Below are positions 37,001 through 48,929 of a stretch of 64,000 bases of DNA, in pieces; within the stretch, counting starts at the first letter, position 1, and each line of letters begins with the position of its first letter. The position numbers and the translations under genes are program-made. A model generated the notes under the pieces. The model was given only the letters and a program-made list of their open reading frames with translations, was not told the origin of the DNA and ran no database searches. The stretch spans positions 1-64,000 of the forward strand of contig JAAILG010000714.1 of NCBI GenBank assembly GCA_012026655.1. Reading direction: 5' to 3'. Origin of the DNA: Hydrolagus affinis (lineage: Eukaryota).

Positions 37001-37707
37001 CTGGCTTCAGTGTTCCTGGGTTGAGAAATGGGAAAAGTAGCCAGTTTCCCTACCCTCCTGAATGTTCTCCAGGGAGCATTGCTGGAAACTGCCAGGTGAG
37101 AACAAGATTGGACGCAGCCGTAATTTATTTCCCCTACCCCCCCTTCCCCCTTAAGCCTGGTATCATTCACTGTTATAGCTCACGCGTTAACAGTGTCAGT
37201 TGGTCGAGGTACGGGCATGCAGTCAGTACCTGTACGGTGTGAATCAGCATCTTCAGAAGAAAAGTTCCAAATGTTGTAGAATAAAGCAAAATTACAGAGT
37301 TGGAAACATAGAAATCTGCAATGAAGAAGGATCTACAGCCCGTTCAGTCAATTAAGCCTGCACTAACACACAGAGCAAAGATATCACTTCAATCCCACTG
37401 CTCCTTCTTCTCTCAATGACTCTTCAAGATCCTCTTTCATATGACTGTTTACCTCCCGCGTGAAAGCTGGTGAACTCAATCTGCACTCAACTCTGGGGGG
37501 AAAAAAATCCTCCATGTCCTCCTTTCGTTATTCTTATAACTATGTCCCCACTTACTGGCTCCCCTAACGGCTCTCTGGACCATGGTAAAATCTTTTTTTC
37601 TTCTCCACAGATCATTTGAGGAAGACTATGAATCCGATGAACTGACCACTGGCCCCGAACTCAGCAACAAGATGGACAAGCTTGTCATTTCTGACCTTCC
37701 GACATAA
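12968..37707 (+). CDS. PPP2R3A: PP2A regulatory subunit B'' alpha, PR72-type isoform (13 coding exons, 1551 nt, 516 aa); whole-gene span
   Basis: Exons 12968-13099, 23965-24219, 24881-24984, 25140-25242, 29718-29792, 30822-30908, 31702-31858, 32606-32654, 33528-33617, 33876-34051, 34490-34608, 35354-35460, 37611-37707. All introns are GT-AG and phases are continuous to TAA. EF-hands [12 protein letters not shown] and [12 protein letters not shown] are present. Synteny with MSL2 and PCCB distinguishes it from PPP2R3B. Confidence 0.95.
14100..14268 (-). mobile_element. SINE 3' half
   Basis: Family body and tail on the minus strand. Confidence 0.8.
15181..15222. repeat. Imperfect (CA)n microsatellite
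   Basis: Directly visible. Confidence 0.9.
16455..16590 (-). mobile_element. Old CR1-like LINE 3' end
   Basis: acagcaaggaaacaggccattcagtccaactagtcc... resembles the reverse complement of chondrichthyan CR1 3' ends; similar remnants near 22340-22405 (+) and 37305-37560 (-). Confidence 0.5.
23965..24219 (+). CDS. PPP2R3A: PPP2R3A coding exon 2 (first exon common to PR72 and PR130)
   Basis: acag|GTC: [15 protein letters not shown]...[12 protein letters not shown]...[10 protein letters not shown]|gtatga; 255 nt. Confidence 0.95.
24567..24713 (+). mobile_element. Penelope-type repeat with an inverted partial copy at its 5' side
   Basis: 24605-24713 matches the reverse complement of 2860-2970; 24567-24604 is the reverse complement of 24648-24685. 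Confidence 0.7.
24881..24984 (+). CDS. PPP2R3A: PPP2R3A coding exon 3
   Basis: [34 protein letters not shown](K)|gtgagt; 104 nt. Confidence 0.93.
25140..25242 (+). CDS. PPP2R3A: PPP2R3A coding exon 4
   Basis: cacag|A: [34 protein letters not shown]|gtatgc; 103 nt. Confidence 0.95.
25255..25480 (-). mobile_element. L2 LINE 3' end
   Basis: Minus translation [27 protein letters not shown] matches the L2 ORF2 C-terminus (LWNSLP...FK..LKT.LF), followed by 3' UTR and a ttgggacgtccc tail. Confidence 0.8.
25568..26000 (-). mobile_element. Tigger/pogo-like non-autonomous DNA transposon, partial (one TIR)
   Basis: Ends GGGTGCCAGATAAACGGGCTTCTACTG|TA; homologous and inverted relative to 27964-28686. 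Confidence 0.8.
27964..28686 (+). mobile_element. Tigger/pogo-like (Tc1/mariner) non-autonomous element, complete
   Basis: TA|CAGTAAAAGCCCGTTTATCCG...CGGATAAACAGGCTTCTGCTG|TA: TIRs with TA target-site duplication, plus a long internal inverted repeat. Confidence 0.88.
29490..29640 (-). mobile_element. L2 LINE 3' end, diverged
   Basis: Similar to 25255-25480 and 51145-51365. Confidence 0.6.
29718..29792 (+). CDS. PPP2R3A: PPP2R3A coding exon 5
   Basis: [25 protein letters not shown]|gtaaga; 75 nt. Confidence 0.95.
30822..30908 (+). CDS. PPP2R3A: PPP2R3A coding exon 6
   Basis: [29 protein letters not shown]|gtatgt; 87 nt. Confidence 0.95.
31048..31365 (+). mobile_element. tRNA-derived SINE, full length
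   Basis: GGAGTCCTGTGGCTCAGTGG head, GTTCGAATCC B box, tail with AAGCGCTTT...AAAGCGCT hairpin. Confidence 0.88.
31702..31858 (+). CDS. PPP2R3A: PPP2R3A coding exon 7 (EF-hand 1)
   Basis: [52 protein letters not shown]|gtgagt; 157 nt. Confidence 0.96.
32110..32573 (+). mobile_element. Two tandem 5'-truncated SINE copies (32110-32290, 32388-32573)
   Basis: Family body and tail twice; the second ends ~30 nt upstream of the exon 8 acceptor. Confidence 0.8.
32606..32654 (+). CDS. PPP2R3A: PPP2R3A coding exon 8
   Basis: (A)[15 protein letters not shown](R)|gtgagt; 49 nt. Confidence 0.94.
33120..33275 (+). mobile_element. Older, diverged dispersed repeat (probable ancient SINE)
   Basis: Shared core tgaattagctgatctcagccag...gggttagggaagg.aaaaatcag...cctg.tgctgat...tccagtgacccc recurs at 36955-37120 and 38780-38900, and weakly at 17085-17190. 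Confidence 0.6.
33528..33617 (+). CDS. PPP2R3A: PPP2R3A coding exon 9
   Basis: [29 protein letters not shown](S)|gtaatt; 90 nt. Confidence 0.95.
33876..34051 (+). CDS. PPP2R3A: PPP2R3A coding exon 10 (EF-hand 2)
   Basis: [58 protein letters not shown](G)|gtgaat; 176 nt. Confidence 0.96.
34490..34608 (+). CDS. PPP2R3A: PPP2R3A coding exon 11
   Basis: [39 protein letters not shown]|gtaacc; 119 nt. Confidence 0.95.
35354..35460 (+). CDS. PPP2R3A: PPP2R3A coding exon 12
   Basis: [35 protein letters not shown](G)|gtgagt; 107 nt. Confidence 0.95.
35893..36200 (+). mobile_element. tRNA-derived SINE, near full length
   Basis: TAGCTCAGTGGTTAGAGC head, GTTCAAATCC B box, tail with (TTA)n. Confidence 0.88.
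36955..37125 (+). mobile_element. Older, diverged dispersed repeat (same family as 33120-33275)
   Basis: tgctgagttacctgatctcagccagg...cctgggttgagaaatgggaaaagtagccag. Confidence 0.6.
37611..37707 (+). CDS. PPP2R3A: PPP2R3A last coding exon
   Basis: Strong polypyrimidine acceptor ...ctccacag|A; [34 protein letters not shown]; phase matches the previous exon. Confidence 0.9.
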
Positions 37708-40700
37708 ATTAAAAAGCTAGGTCAACTGCTGGACAATAGATTGACCTGTTGGCAGCAACTCTAAGGACTGACTCTTACCCTGTCAGAAATGTAGAGAGCA
37801 AACTGTTTATATCTCCTTTTTTTGTGTTTTTTTAAAGAGATTATGTGAGATTTTATATCAGAAGGAAGAAGTACATGCTTACTGTGTGCAATGGACTTTA
37901 TTCTAAATCAAATACTATCTGTTTGTGCAATATGTCTTAAAGTGCAGTGTTATGTATATGGATTTCTGCTTGCTACCCATCGCTGTGTGTTGTCCTCATT
38001 TAGTTCCTAATTCACTATTCATCTTTCTTTTGACCACAGTTCCTGGTTATTTTCTTAAGAAGCATTCTTAACTTAGTGCCTTATCAATGCCTGGTAGAAT
38101 TCCGTTCCTGCTACTAGTACTTACTATTTCTTCACAAGTCGCTTCATGTACTCTTGCTACCCATAGAAGCAAATGCATTCAAGAGATGAAGGAATGTGAA
38201 ATCAACCCATACTCCTGGGTAAAATGTGGAGCGGATTAACTACAAGAGCCAAACTTCGAGAATATCTGTTGGAAAGCATGAAATCCACCTCACGTGACTC
38301 AGATTGGTGCATTGATCAGTGAGAAAGTATTTACCAGCTTGTAGAAGTTGGGCAATGTATGTCTCTGAAAGTACCCATACCATAGCATGACCTGATGCCA
38401 TCAAGTTAAAACCTCAAGCAGCCCAAGAGATGTTTTCGAAGCAGCACCTTGGCTCAAGCCATATTTAAGACCGGGTTCAAATTATCGTCTGAAAAGTTTT
38501 CTGATTGACTAGCAAAGTTTTCAGTTCATACCCGCAATTAACAGGCCTCATTTCGGCTCTAAATGTGCTTTTACTCTGGAGGCATGAAAATATAGAAGTG
38601 AATGGAGTTAATAATTTCCAGCCCAGTGTAGCACACAAACCATGGTTTGTCAAAGCAACTTCATGGAGAAAACGTCTGCAGGCAACAACAGAAAATCAGG
38701 CAGTTATAGTGATTTCCCTCTTGCAATTATCATTGTCTTAAAGATTATTTGAGCTCTTCTCATGGTTCACTAAGTATATTTAGACAGGAAAGGAAAAGTC
38801 AACCCGAGTTCTTGCTCCTGATTGCTTCCAATGTCTGCTTTTGCTGGGAAGTGACCATTTGTGGATGTCAGGTGCGGGCAGAATTGGGCTCAGCTGATTT
38901 TGCCAGCTGATTCAATTGAATACTCAATGTCTAAGTTCTTACATGAACAATAAGCTCTTGGAAGAAGGAAGGAAGTGTCTCGATGTCCTGGGTTGAAGGG
39001 GGGAAAAGGAATCAAAAATGCTTTCAGAAAAGAGGAGAGAAACTGGAAAGACAAAAATTGTTTTACAGGTGAAACAACTTTTATCCTTTCATTAACCAAG
39101 ATACTTAATTTGCGCAAAAACAAATGCCCACAGAATGTGAAAAAATACATTTGGAAGCAGTGCCAAAACCTAAATTTTTGCTGTCACCCTGAATATTAAA
39201 AGTAGAATAGTCCAGGCTACTTAGATTTAATCTTACTACAACAACAAAATTACACTTGTATAGCTGCTATCTTTCAATCAGAACAATTTGTTAGTGTTGT
39301 TTTGTGCACATCAATGTGAGATGTTATCTGCCCCAACAATCAGTCTCAGGACCTAATCGGTTTGAAATTGTTCTTCTGCCACTACATCAAGTGATATTAT
39401 AAATTCAGTGCTAAACCAAGGGCTTTTGTGTGCTCTAAATCCAGGGGGAATACCAGGGGTTGAGATTTTCATGCCTGGACTGAAGCCTAGCTGCCAGAGG
39501 TGGAGGGCCAAGTTCCTCCACTAAAGCTCTATTTTTTTTTAACATTGCTATTATCTCTTTTCTCGTCCTGATACACACACTGCTTTATCTGGACACGTCG
39601 ACTCGGCAAGCATCTCCAAGGACAACATAATGGCTGTTCTCGTTTAATCGATCAGAATGTATGCCTCATTAGTAACCCTCTCTCCATGTCTCTGCTTCAC
39701 TCTACCTATGAGAGATGCAAAATGCAAAGCTTAAGATTTAGGTACTCCTGAATGTGAATGTTAAGATTTGGATTTGGTCTTCCGTTCAAGAGTACAGTGC
39801 TTTAGTATCACAGTAATATAGCTGTTGTAGCTGTATTGAGACAGAAAGTACAGGTGATTCCTCAAAGCAACTATAGTGATTATTTTTTCTTTAAAACGTT
39901 GCTCCTCCCAAATCAAAACCACTTCAAACAAAGCGGTATGAATAGAGTGACTAATATTTTGAGAACTAACTCTTTGAGGTACAATTCACACCCCTGTTAG
40001 AATAGATGGCTGAGTAGAACAACCAGCAAAGTCTACACCAAGGCTAGGTTTCCATAAGTTATTGTGCAGAACAAAACAGACCACTATGTGAGATGTGTGT
40101 GAGGGGATTTCTTCGATAGTCTTGAAGTATGCTTTATCCAGGCCTTTTTAGACATGATGTTTGTGAAAGTAACTGCAGGTTACAAAAACTAAAAGGCTTA
40201 TTCTGCTTAATTTGCTATAGCAATTCTTGTTTATCGTGGGATTTAAGTTCACATTAAAAGGTTGGCCACACATAGCAGATGGGGCAAAATAACTTCCTAT
40301 ACAATTTTTTTGGTAAGCATTTGTAAGTTGTGCTTATCAAAAGATTGACGTTGTTTTGGAAAGGTAACATTTATCCCCACTTTGACAGCTGAAGCACCCA
40401 GATGGGAAACCCAAATAATGCCAACTTACCATTTCTATTTGTCAAGAGTCTACCCTCATAGCCTGAGGAAAACGTTGCCAAATTATTGCCAATTATCCAG
40501 CATATAAAATTGTTCCACTGAAAAAAGAAATGAAACATTAACAATGACCCGTTTTCTCCAAACTCTGCAACGCAATAAGTTGGTGAATTCCTGAACCCAG
40601 AATGATGGAGGATAAGGAAAAGTTTCCAAGAATATTTTAACAACCGGCCTACTGTATTTGTGCTTCAACGGTCTGCATTTTGTTTAAAATATTTAAATTA

Positions 40701-43308
40701 GCAGTTTTAAATCCAGATCACTCATCAAAGGCAAAGTTTCTTGCAATGACCCTTCCAGTTGTGTTGCAACAAGGAAGAATGCAATTGATATTATCAACAT
40801 ATATTGCCAGTTGTTGATTAAAAAACATTTTAATAGGAGTGTAGGCTGAACAATCTTGCTTTGAAAATGTGTGGTGCAGTAGCAGACAGTGTCTCTTGCA
40901 ACCAACATTACAGTGTGCATGACAGTGTCAGGAATTAAGCCTGCTAAAAAAGATATATCCTAAGAGCAAACGGATACCTCTTTTAAAGAGTTGTCAAGAG
41001 AGAGAAAACATCCCTGATGTCAGTAAGAGATGGATTTAAATACAGACTTCCCCAGTGAAGTTAACTACCCCTTTCTAGGTTAGATGTAAATATTGTTACT
41101 GTACACACAAGTTTATTTGTTATGTGTTCTTGACATCTCCTACTCAAGTAGTGATGGGAGGCGAGGATGTTAACAAACCGTTTTTTGTTTTGTAAAAACA
41201 ATTGTATAGTATTTTGGCAAAGTAAACATTTAGGTGCATTAGATACCAATACAATAGAAAAACCCGGTTAATTTCCTGTGCCCATCAAAAATGCCATATT
41301 CATGAGCAACGGTTTACTCAGTCACTGCACAGATGAGCACCGTGCAGAGAGATGATAGAATTTTCTTAGAAGGTCTGAAATAATTGACGTGTATACTTTT
41401 CTTCTGATGATCCGATTACACTAATTTGCAATTCCTCTCCTTTTAAGATTGGATATCACACGTCCAACTGAATCACTGTTTCTAATTGAACTTGATGGCT
41501 GAAACAGTGTGCACTATGTGCCACTAGTGTGCTCTCGAGGTGAAAAGGCAGATAATGTTATACAAATTGTGATTCTTTAAAAAACAGAAATATTTCTCTC
41601 AAAGAACAATAGTTATTAATGTGCATCGTGCTGAAAAATTAGCAACATTGTGAAAGGGGAAAAAAATGTTCGACATCTCTGATAAATCAGAAGGACAATT
41701 TGTATCATTCTGTTCCTAGAGATACAGAAATTCAAGCATTTTAAGCCCCAGACTGTTACATTCAGCGTGTCGGTGGCAGTGGCCCTAACTTGACCGATAT
41801 CAAAAGGCTGTTAACTTTGACCTGATGTTGTCTATTTACTGTAAATTGGAAGCAGTATTGAAAGTAATCAATTGGATTCTGAATCAAATGGTATTTCAAT
41901 TAAAAAAAAGTAATGCAACAAAATGTACATTTCAACCCTTTATGAAATATTCTAATGTTAATCACACAATGTCAGTTGTCCTCTCTCAGGCTGTCTGACC
42001 TTGAGAACATTATGCATATTGCCATAGATGAACGAGTTCAGATACTTGTCCATCAACAGGCAATGATGAACATTTGCTCTTTGTTCAATGGGTTTACAAT
42101 TAAGTCACATTTTCTTTCTCCATTCCCAAACTGGGGTAGCACAGTTGACCAGTTTGAGTTTGTATGGCTTCATTGTCCTCTGCCTTCTGTACGATACAAG
42201 CCCAAATCTAGTATTAAGATCTTATATCTAGGCTAGTTATCTGACCTGGCTGCCAAATCCTGTCCTGGACTAAACATTATTTCTTACTTGGATAAGGATT
42301 TTTAATAGGCTAGACTAAAACATAATCTCCAAAATAAACCTTTTTTTCTCGCTTCAATTTTATATCCATCAAATAAGATTGTTTCACTTCAAATGTAGAC
42401 AAAATGGTACTATCCACTTTCCTTGAAACTCTGCAAAGCAATAATTTACTCTGTACAATATATTGGAACCCCATCTCAGAAAGATACATTTTCTTAGCCA
42501 ATTATGTAGCAAGTTTAACAAGTAGCATAACAAAATATGACTATACTGTAAAGTTAAGACATATACATTTTCAAATTAGTTGATAGTGATGTGCAGTTGG
42601 CTATTTGTACAAACAATATGAAAGTGATCAGTTAGGAGGGTTTATCTCCTCCCACCTCCCATTTTTAATTTTCTCCAATCCCGATGAAATTTCCGAGAAT
42701 AAACAGGCTCAATTTGCAACTTGATGCAATAGAATTTTTATACTGTTACAAAATTTGCACTTTTATTTTCTCAGACCATTGATAGGATTTTCCCAATTTT
42801 TTTAAAGCCAGATATGAAAATTTATTATGAGAATTTTTATTCAGTCACTTTGAAAAAGGTACAACTTTGCACTGATTAGAAACTACTCATTTTAGCCTTT
42901 TACTTCTGTGTTTCTTTAGCTATATCTAGTATATTCTCTAATTTGTTGAAATATACTTTTAGGCTCATATATCTGTACTCTGAATCTCTCCCATCTACTT
43001 TGGCACATAGCCTGTATATGCAGCTGCAATACACACAAATATGGCACATTTCTTCAACTGCTGGTTTAGTTCCTACTTGTTAACAAATATTTTTTAAACT
43101 GTGCCTTACTTGTGACCTACTGTTGGTCTGGAATTTTAATGTACACATTTGTATAGAACTTGATTATCTCTGTAAGTAGTGTAAAAAGGCATCTGCCAAA
43201 ATGTGTGAAACTTGTTTTGTCTTCTGAGTGGTTTACCAGTATAGAAACAACAGTAGGATAAATGTAAATTTAATACACTTCCTACATATAGGTTTTTTTT
43301 AAAAAAGA

Positions 43309-43314
43309 AATAAA
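43309..43314 (+). terminator. Candidate polyadenylation signal of PPP2R3A
   Basis: AATAAA after an AT-rich, repeat-poor stretch with UGUA motifs, downstream of the stop codon; one of several candidates. Confidence 0.35.
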
Positions 43315-44534
43315 CAATTTGACTGCAGCTTTAGAGAATAATTTCTTATTTCCGTATGTTCTAGGAGAGGAACTGGACAGATTTATATATTAAATTTAAA
43401 TAGCTGCAGTATAGTTATTTATAGCAATAGGTCTTCTGCTGTTTTTTGTTCCAAACACTCATTGAGATGTGGCACAACCTGTACCAAATGACTGAACACT
43501 TGAGATGAGTACTGCCATTTACGCCATAGTAATTATTAGCTCTATGCAAACACACGGGGACATCAATGAAACGTGTGAGCTACTGTACAGCAATTTAAAA
43601 ACTGCTCATGGTGGGTTTTTTCAGAAACAAATATTGTAATTATTAATATTAAAATCTCATAGAAAGGTTTAGGTGAAAACCGCATTTGTGTTCTGACTTG
43701 GTTGCTAAAGATAATCAGTTGCTCAAGCGGTGTGAAATATGCTGATTGCTTGTGTTAGCATGGCTTTTACATTTGCAGACTTTGGAAGTTTCAAAATCAA
43801 ATAAACATTTGTAAAGATTCAAAGGTTTTCTTATGAACTTGTATTTTAAATAGTAACATCCTTGCTTTAATTTGCACTGGCAGAAGACATTACTGTAGTG
43901 CATTTATTTCAAAAATTGGTACTCTTGATAATTTACCCGACAGATTGAATCATATTCATGATGAACAGTTTGCTGGTACAGACGTTCTGACTTACTTATT
44001 TCAACAGAACTGAAAGTGTATTCAGGATCAGGCCATTTGAACACTTCATGATAAACCACACAAACTGGGATTTGTTGTAGCTCCTTGAACAGAAGGATTT
44101 GCTGACATCTAGACTGGTTTAAAAATGAAGATTAATTTCTTGAGTAGCAATACATAATCATTAAAATACACTGAACATGGCAGAATACATGCAGGTCCTT
44201 CTTACTTATGAAATTATACCCAACATCGCTGTCATACACCAGACCCATTTTCATTTAAACACTGCTTTCTTAATTTACATCACAGGGAAATGGAACGTTG
44301 CCACTTCTGAAGAAACGATCACCCCTGTCTAGAGATGGAAAACAAAATCACATTATATATGTAAAAATGAAACTCAATGGTGGGTTGGGGGTGGGGAGCG
44401 GATTGATCACAAAAGATGTTACCAGGCGGGATGTTTTTTTTTAAAATAACAAAACGTATTGTGTCTGCTCACAACTTCCATTCAAATAAAGTGTAATTTT
44501 GTATACTAAAATCTTTGCCACACAAGTATTTATC

Positions 44535-44540
44535 TTTATT
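44535..44540 (-). terminator. Candidate distal polyadenylation signal of MSL2
   Basis: AATAAA on - strand; an alternative lies at 46668-46673. Confidence 0.3.
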
Positions 44541-47500
44541 GCTTTCCCAACAAGAACAAAGGCACTTTTGATTCTTTCAGGCTTTAAAAACAGTTATCAC
44601 TTGTTAAATATACTTTAATCAGATTAACACAAAAACAGAGAGACTTTGATACCCTCCCTGAGGTCATGTGACCTTGGCACCTTGAATTTCCTAAACAGGG
44701 ATTTAGACAAAATGATTTTGCTTGCATATCATAGCCCTAAAAATATATTTTGCTCCAGGACTCTTATTTAAAAAAAACTTTCTTATATTGAAATTAACGT
44801 ACATTCTGGAAGGCTTACAGAGTGCTATACTAAAGGAAAACTCAATGTGGAAAATGTAAACCAAAATTTCAAAATAATTCAAGAACATAGAATGAAACAC
44901 CATTTACAACATATTGAAAGGCCTGGAAATAATTTAAAAAAAACATTTTAGCCAGATGGCTGTCTGACACATGTGGAAACCGTATTACAATGCTTATGCA
45001 TCCCCAAACCAACCTGCTGAGGTGCCTATGAGTATCCAAACCAAACTGCTGGGAGATCCATTATATGTATGATTTCCATTTGTCATATCTGAACATAGAA
45101 TTGCCATATCTAGTGTACTAAGCTACATCCTATTTTATTGAACACCTGAATTAGCAAAACAGTCACGCTTCAAAAGACTCCAGGTGACCCTTCAAAATCT
45201 AGAAATTATCTTGATACGAGGTGAAAACAGCCCTGATAATGTGACATTTAAAGATGGCCTCTTCCGATAATATTCTTCCAGTGGGTATGTTCCAGTTATG
45301 ACATGGATTCTCCCTTCTGCATTGCTGGATATTCATAGTTCAAATGAATTTCAATTGCAACCAACTGGATTTCCAGCATAAAAATGTTTCCGACATACAT
45401 CATTTACAACAAAGTGTTTAACTAAACTCTCACAATGGTTACTGCAACTGAAGTAAAATCCTCACAAACCAACACACCAGCAAAGTAGAAAACTAAACCA
45501 GCACTTTTTTTTATTATAGTACTGGTTCAACAGAGATTAGAGATTGTATTTGTATGACTGAATACAAAGATGAAGATTGTCTAAAATAAGTTAAAATTTT
45601 ACAGTAGTTTTATCGTTCATTGGCACTCCCAACACGTGGACTCAAAAAAAAACATAAAAGCCTGGATCATCTGAAGAAACTGGAATGTGTTATAGAAGGT
45701 ATAAACATAATCAAACCAGTACTGTTAAAGTGCTTAATCTATTTGAAAGCTCTTCTTTCTTTACCCTTCCCCCACCCACAGAAAAATTGCTACAGCATTT
45801 TTATGCTAAGTTTATATGTAAAGTGCCTGGCTGTTGTGCCTTCCAGTATGTTTAAGAACACTGCCAAAGGTGTCTGTAGTGCCAAGGTCTTATCAATTGC
45901 GCAAGTCGTAATAGAAACTGCCCTTGTGCTGAATGAGCTGGCTGCGGTAGAGATCTGCAAGTTAAATTTGGGAATAACTCTCTACTCCCCGTGGAAACAT
46001 TGAGCAATCTAGTCATCCTCCTCCCAATATCAGCTAAGATCTAGTGCTCAGCGGACACCCACCCCTCCCAAGATAGTGCTTCACACACTTTTTGAAACTC
46101 ATCCAGATATGAAATTAATGAACAAAACTACATTCATTGAGCGCCTTTCAAGTCGGGAGGACGTCTCAAGGCGCTAAAACTAAATTGAAAGAGCAAATTA
46201 TTCAAATTAATATATGGAGTCAAAATCACAAATCTGTGTGAAGCACCATAGGAATAATGTGATGAATGCATTGCTATTGGTATTGTTTCACCCTTCAATA
46301 AAGTCTATTCAGAACCTCTGACAATATCAGCACTGGGCTTACATGCAAAAACATGGCCAGAAAGGCAGAAACACAAAATAACAATAAAATAATGTTAAGT
46401 TCATCATAATGCATTCAATCTATTTTACTTTTAGAAGGCATACTATTGGCAAGATTCCCATTTTAAACATCTTTCTATTACATTCTTTTGACCGTAATCT
46501 TTTTTTTATATAAATTGCACGTCCCATTTTTACTTCAAGTTACCAAATTGATTGTAGAATACACCATAAACACACATAAATATCTTAAATCCTTGCGTGA
46601 TCAATACAGTAGTTTAACCACTAGTATTCTCAACGCAGCTAAACCAAAATAGTATAAAACTAATGCATTTATTCATTACTTTCTTGTACATGTTCCGGAA
46701 AAGAGGCAGTGAGAAATTAGCATTAAAAAAAATTAAAATTGATTATTTTCCTGGATTTCTCAACATAATCAGCACCGCTTGGAACAGGAAAACAGTGTAG
46801 TCAAGTGTTAATTACAGAAATATGAAATGCTATGTTGGACTTTTTGTGTCTATACCAGTACTTGCTTTCAACACAGGAACAGTAAGCACAGACTTCATGC
46901 CAGGGTTACGATTGACCATCTAATCAATTCATGGAATTTCTGGGTCAGTATACAGAAACCGCATTGTACAAATACAAAGAAACATTGATTTGTTAAACAG
47001 TCTATCACGGAGGTCAAAATTGAAATATGTTGGTGCCTTAGGTGCCAAAAAAGACAAGCAAACTGAAGAAGCATTTTCCACCATTTACTCTCATTATCAA
47101 AAATAGTTTTCAACTCTTCTTGCAAAACAAAAAAGGAAAAAAAACGACCAAAAAATTAAAGTACAGACTGGACACAAAACATCACATTATTCCTATGGCT
47201 TCAAACGCTACTTGACCATATTCACAGGAAATGACACCGGCTACACTATAAAAACAAAAAGAGGTGCCATTTGATCTCTTTCTGCATGTGAAAGTTTACC
47301 TGCACATTTACACTATGTGAGTAACCATTGTTGTGCATGCTATGTGCCAAACCAGAGTGAGGCCGAGGAGTAATTTCATATACATCATTACAATGGTGGA
47401 CAGTGGTACAAGCAGTTCAGCCACATTGACATTATGTAAAGGGATAAAGACTTTGTTTGTTGCTGAAAGAGTGGATAGGGAGGGGGCTAGGAGAAATAAC

Positions 47501-48929
47501 AAGGGAAAGTACATGCACCAGCCTCCAATTTGAAGTGCTTTTTTTTTAAACTGTTCTTTGTTCCTTTTGATCATAGATGAACTTGTGGCCCAAATCATGT
47601 ATTCTGTCGCAGATGCATTCAATTTTCTCACTTGTCCAGATGTAAAGCCTGCATTTGCCAATGTTGCAAAAATGTATTGTAGTAAATTTTAACAAGACTT
47701 GAGGGCATTTAATCAAATGCAATACTGAATATCTGCCATTAGAGGGCACTGGTGCACATTGTAAATAGCACATAAGAGGAGCTTGTGCCATCTAGTGGCA
47801 GCCAGCCAGCAATGCACAGATACTACCACATCTAATAATAATCCTTGCATTTGGTATAGCACCTTATTACGTTGTTGAAACGTCTCAAAGCGCATCACAG
47901 AATTTTACTGTAAAGTGTAGTGACTGTGTACTTGTGGTGATGAAAAGCATATAATTCTTCATCACTTTACTTTTCACATTATAATTGGAAACTGTAGCCA
48001 TCATTAGCATGCATCTATCTATCCCATACCCCATATACTTCCAACAATTTATGAGCAGCCTGGTCAGATGTTAAACAGAAATGCTTCCACCAAGTATTCT
48101 TAGGCCATATTAAATGATATCAGTTGACACATATTTGTGCAAAACTGAGTAGACGCAGCTTCATCTGTACACATTTTCATTAAGATCGGCCCGATATCCT
48201 CTTTTAGGCATCCGAGTGCATGCGTGGAGTGGGGTCTTCCAGCAACCACCATCCATGGCAAGATTATACACTGAGCACCAGATAGCTCTTCTAATTAAAA
48301 TTAGCAGACCTGAGGGAAAAGAAATATAGATCATGTGCGTCTAAAGTGTCATCCTCATTTCTATTTGAAACTGTGACTACACAGGTGTAATGGGAGTGTT
48401 TTGCTTTGTGCAACTGATCCATGCAAATGCATTCATTAGAAAATAATGAGGCATTTTGTTTTAAATATATTCTTGGGTCATCTAATGACATTATCAAAAT
48501 AAAACAGAACCAATGATTTTGATTTAGAGAACACAAAAATAATCTGCATATAAAAAGTGACATTATATTCTACATGTAATTTAAACTGTTCGTACTGTAG
48601 TTCACCATTTTCTGTTCTTTAAATTACACCTTTACCTTTTGCGATTATGCACAATGCATAAGCAGCAACAATGAGGTCAAATTTCTTTTGCCAAAGATCA
48701 TTCAGTATAAACCACTTGCAACAGTTCATTAATTACAACTTAGACACATTAGCCTATTTCCCATTTTGGAGCTAGGCCTATTAATCAAACATTTATTTCA
48801 AGTGATCTATACCCAAAGGACTAGGGCAAGTTCAACTAAGTTTTTTTTAAACAGAACTATAGCTGCCTTAAAGTTGTAGCTGTCCCTATTAATAGAGACA
48901 AGCCTAAGGTCTACCAGATCAATTCCAAT

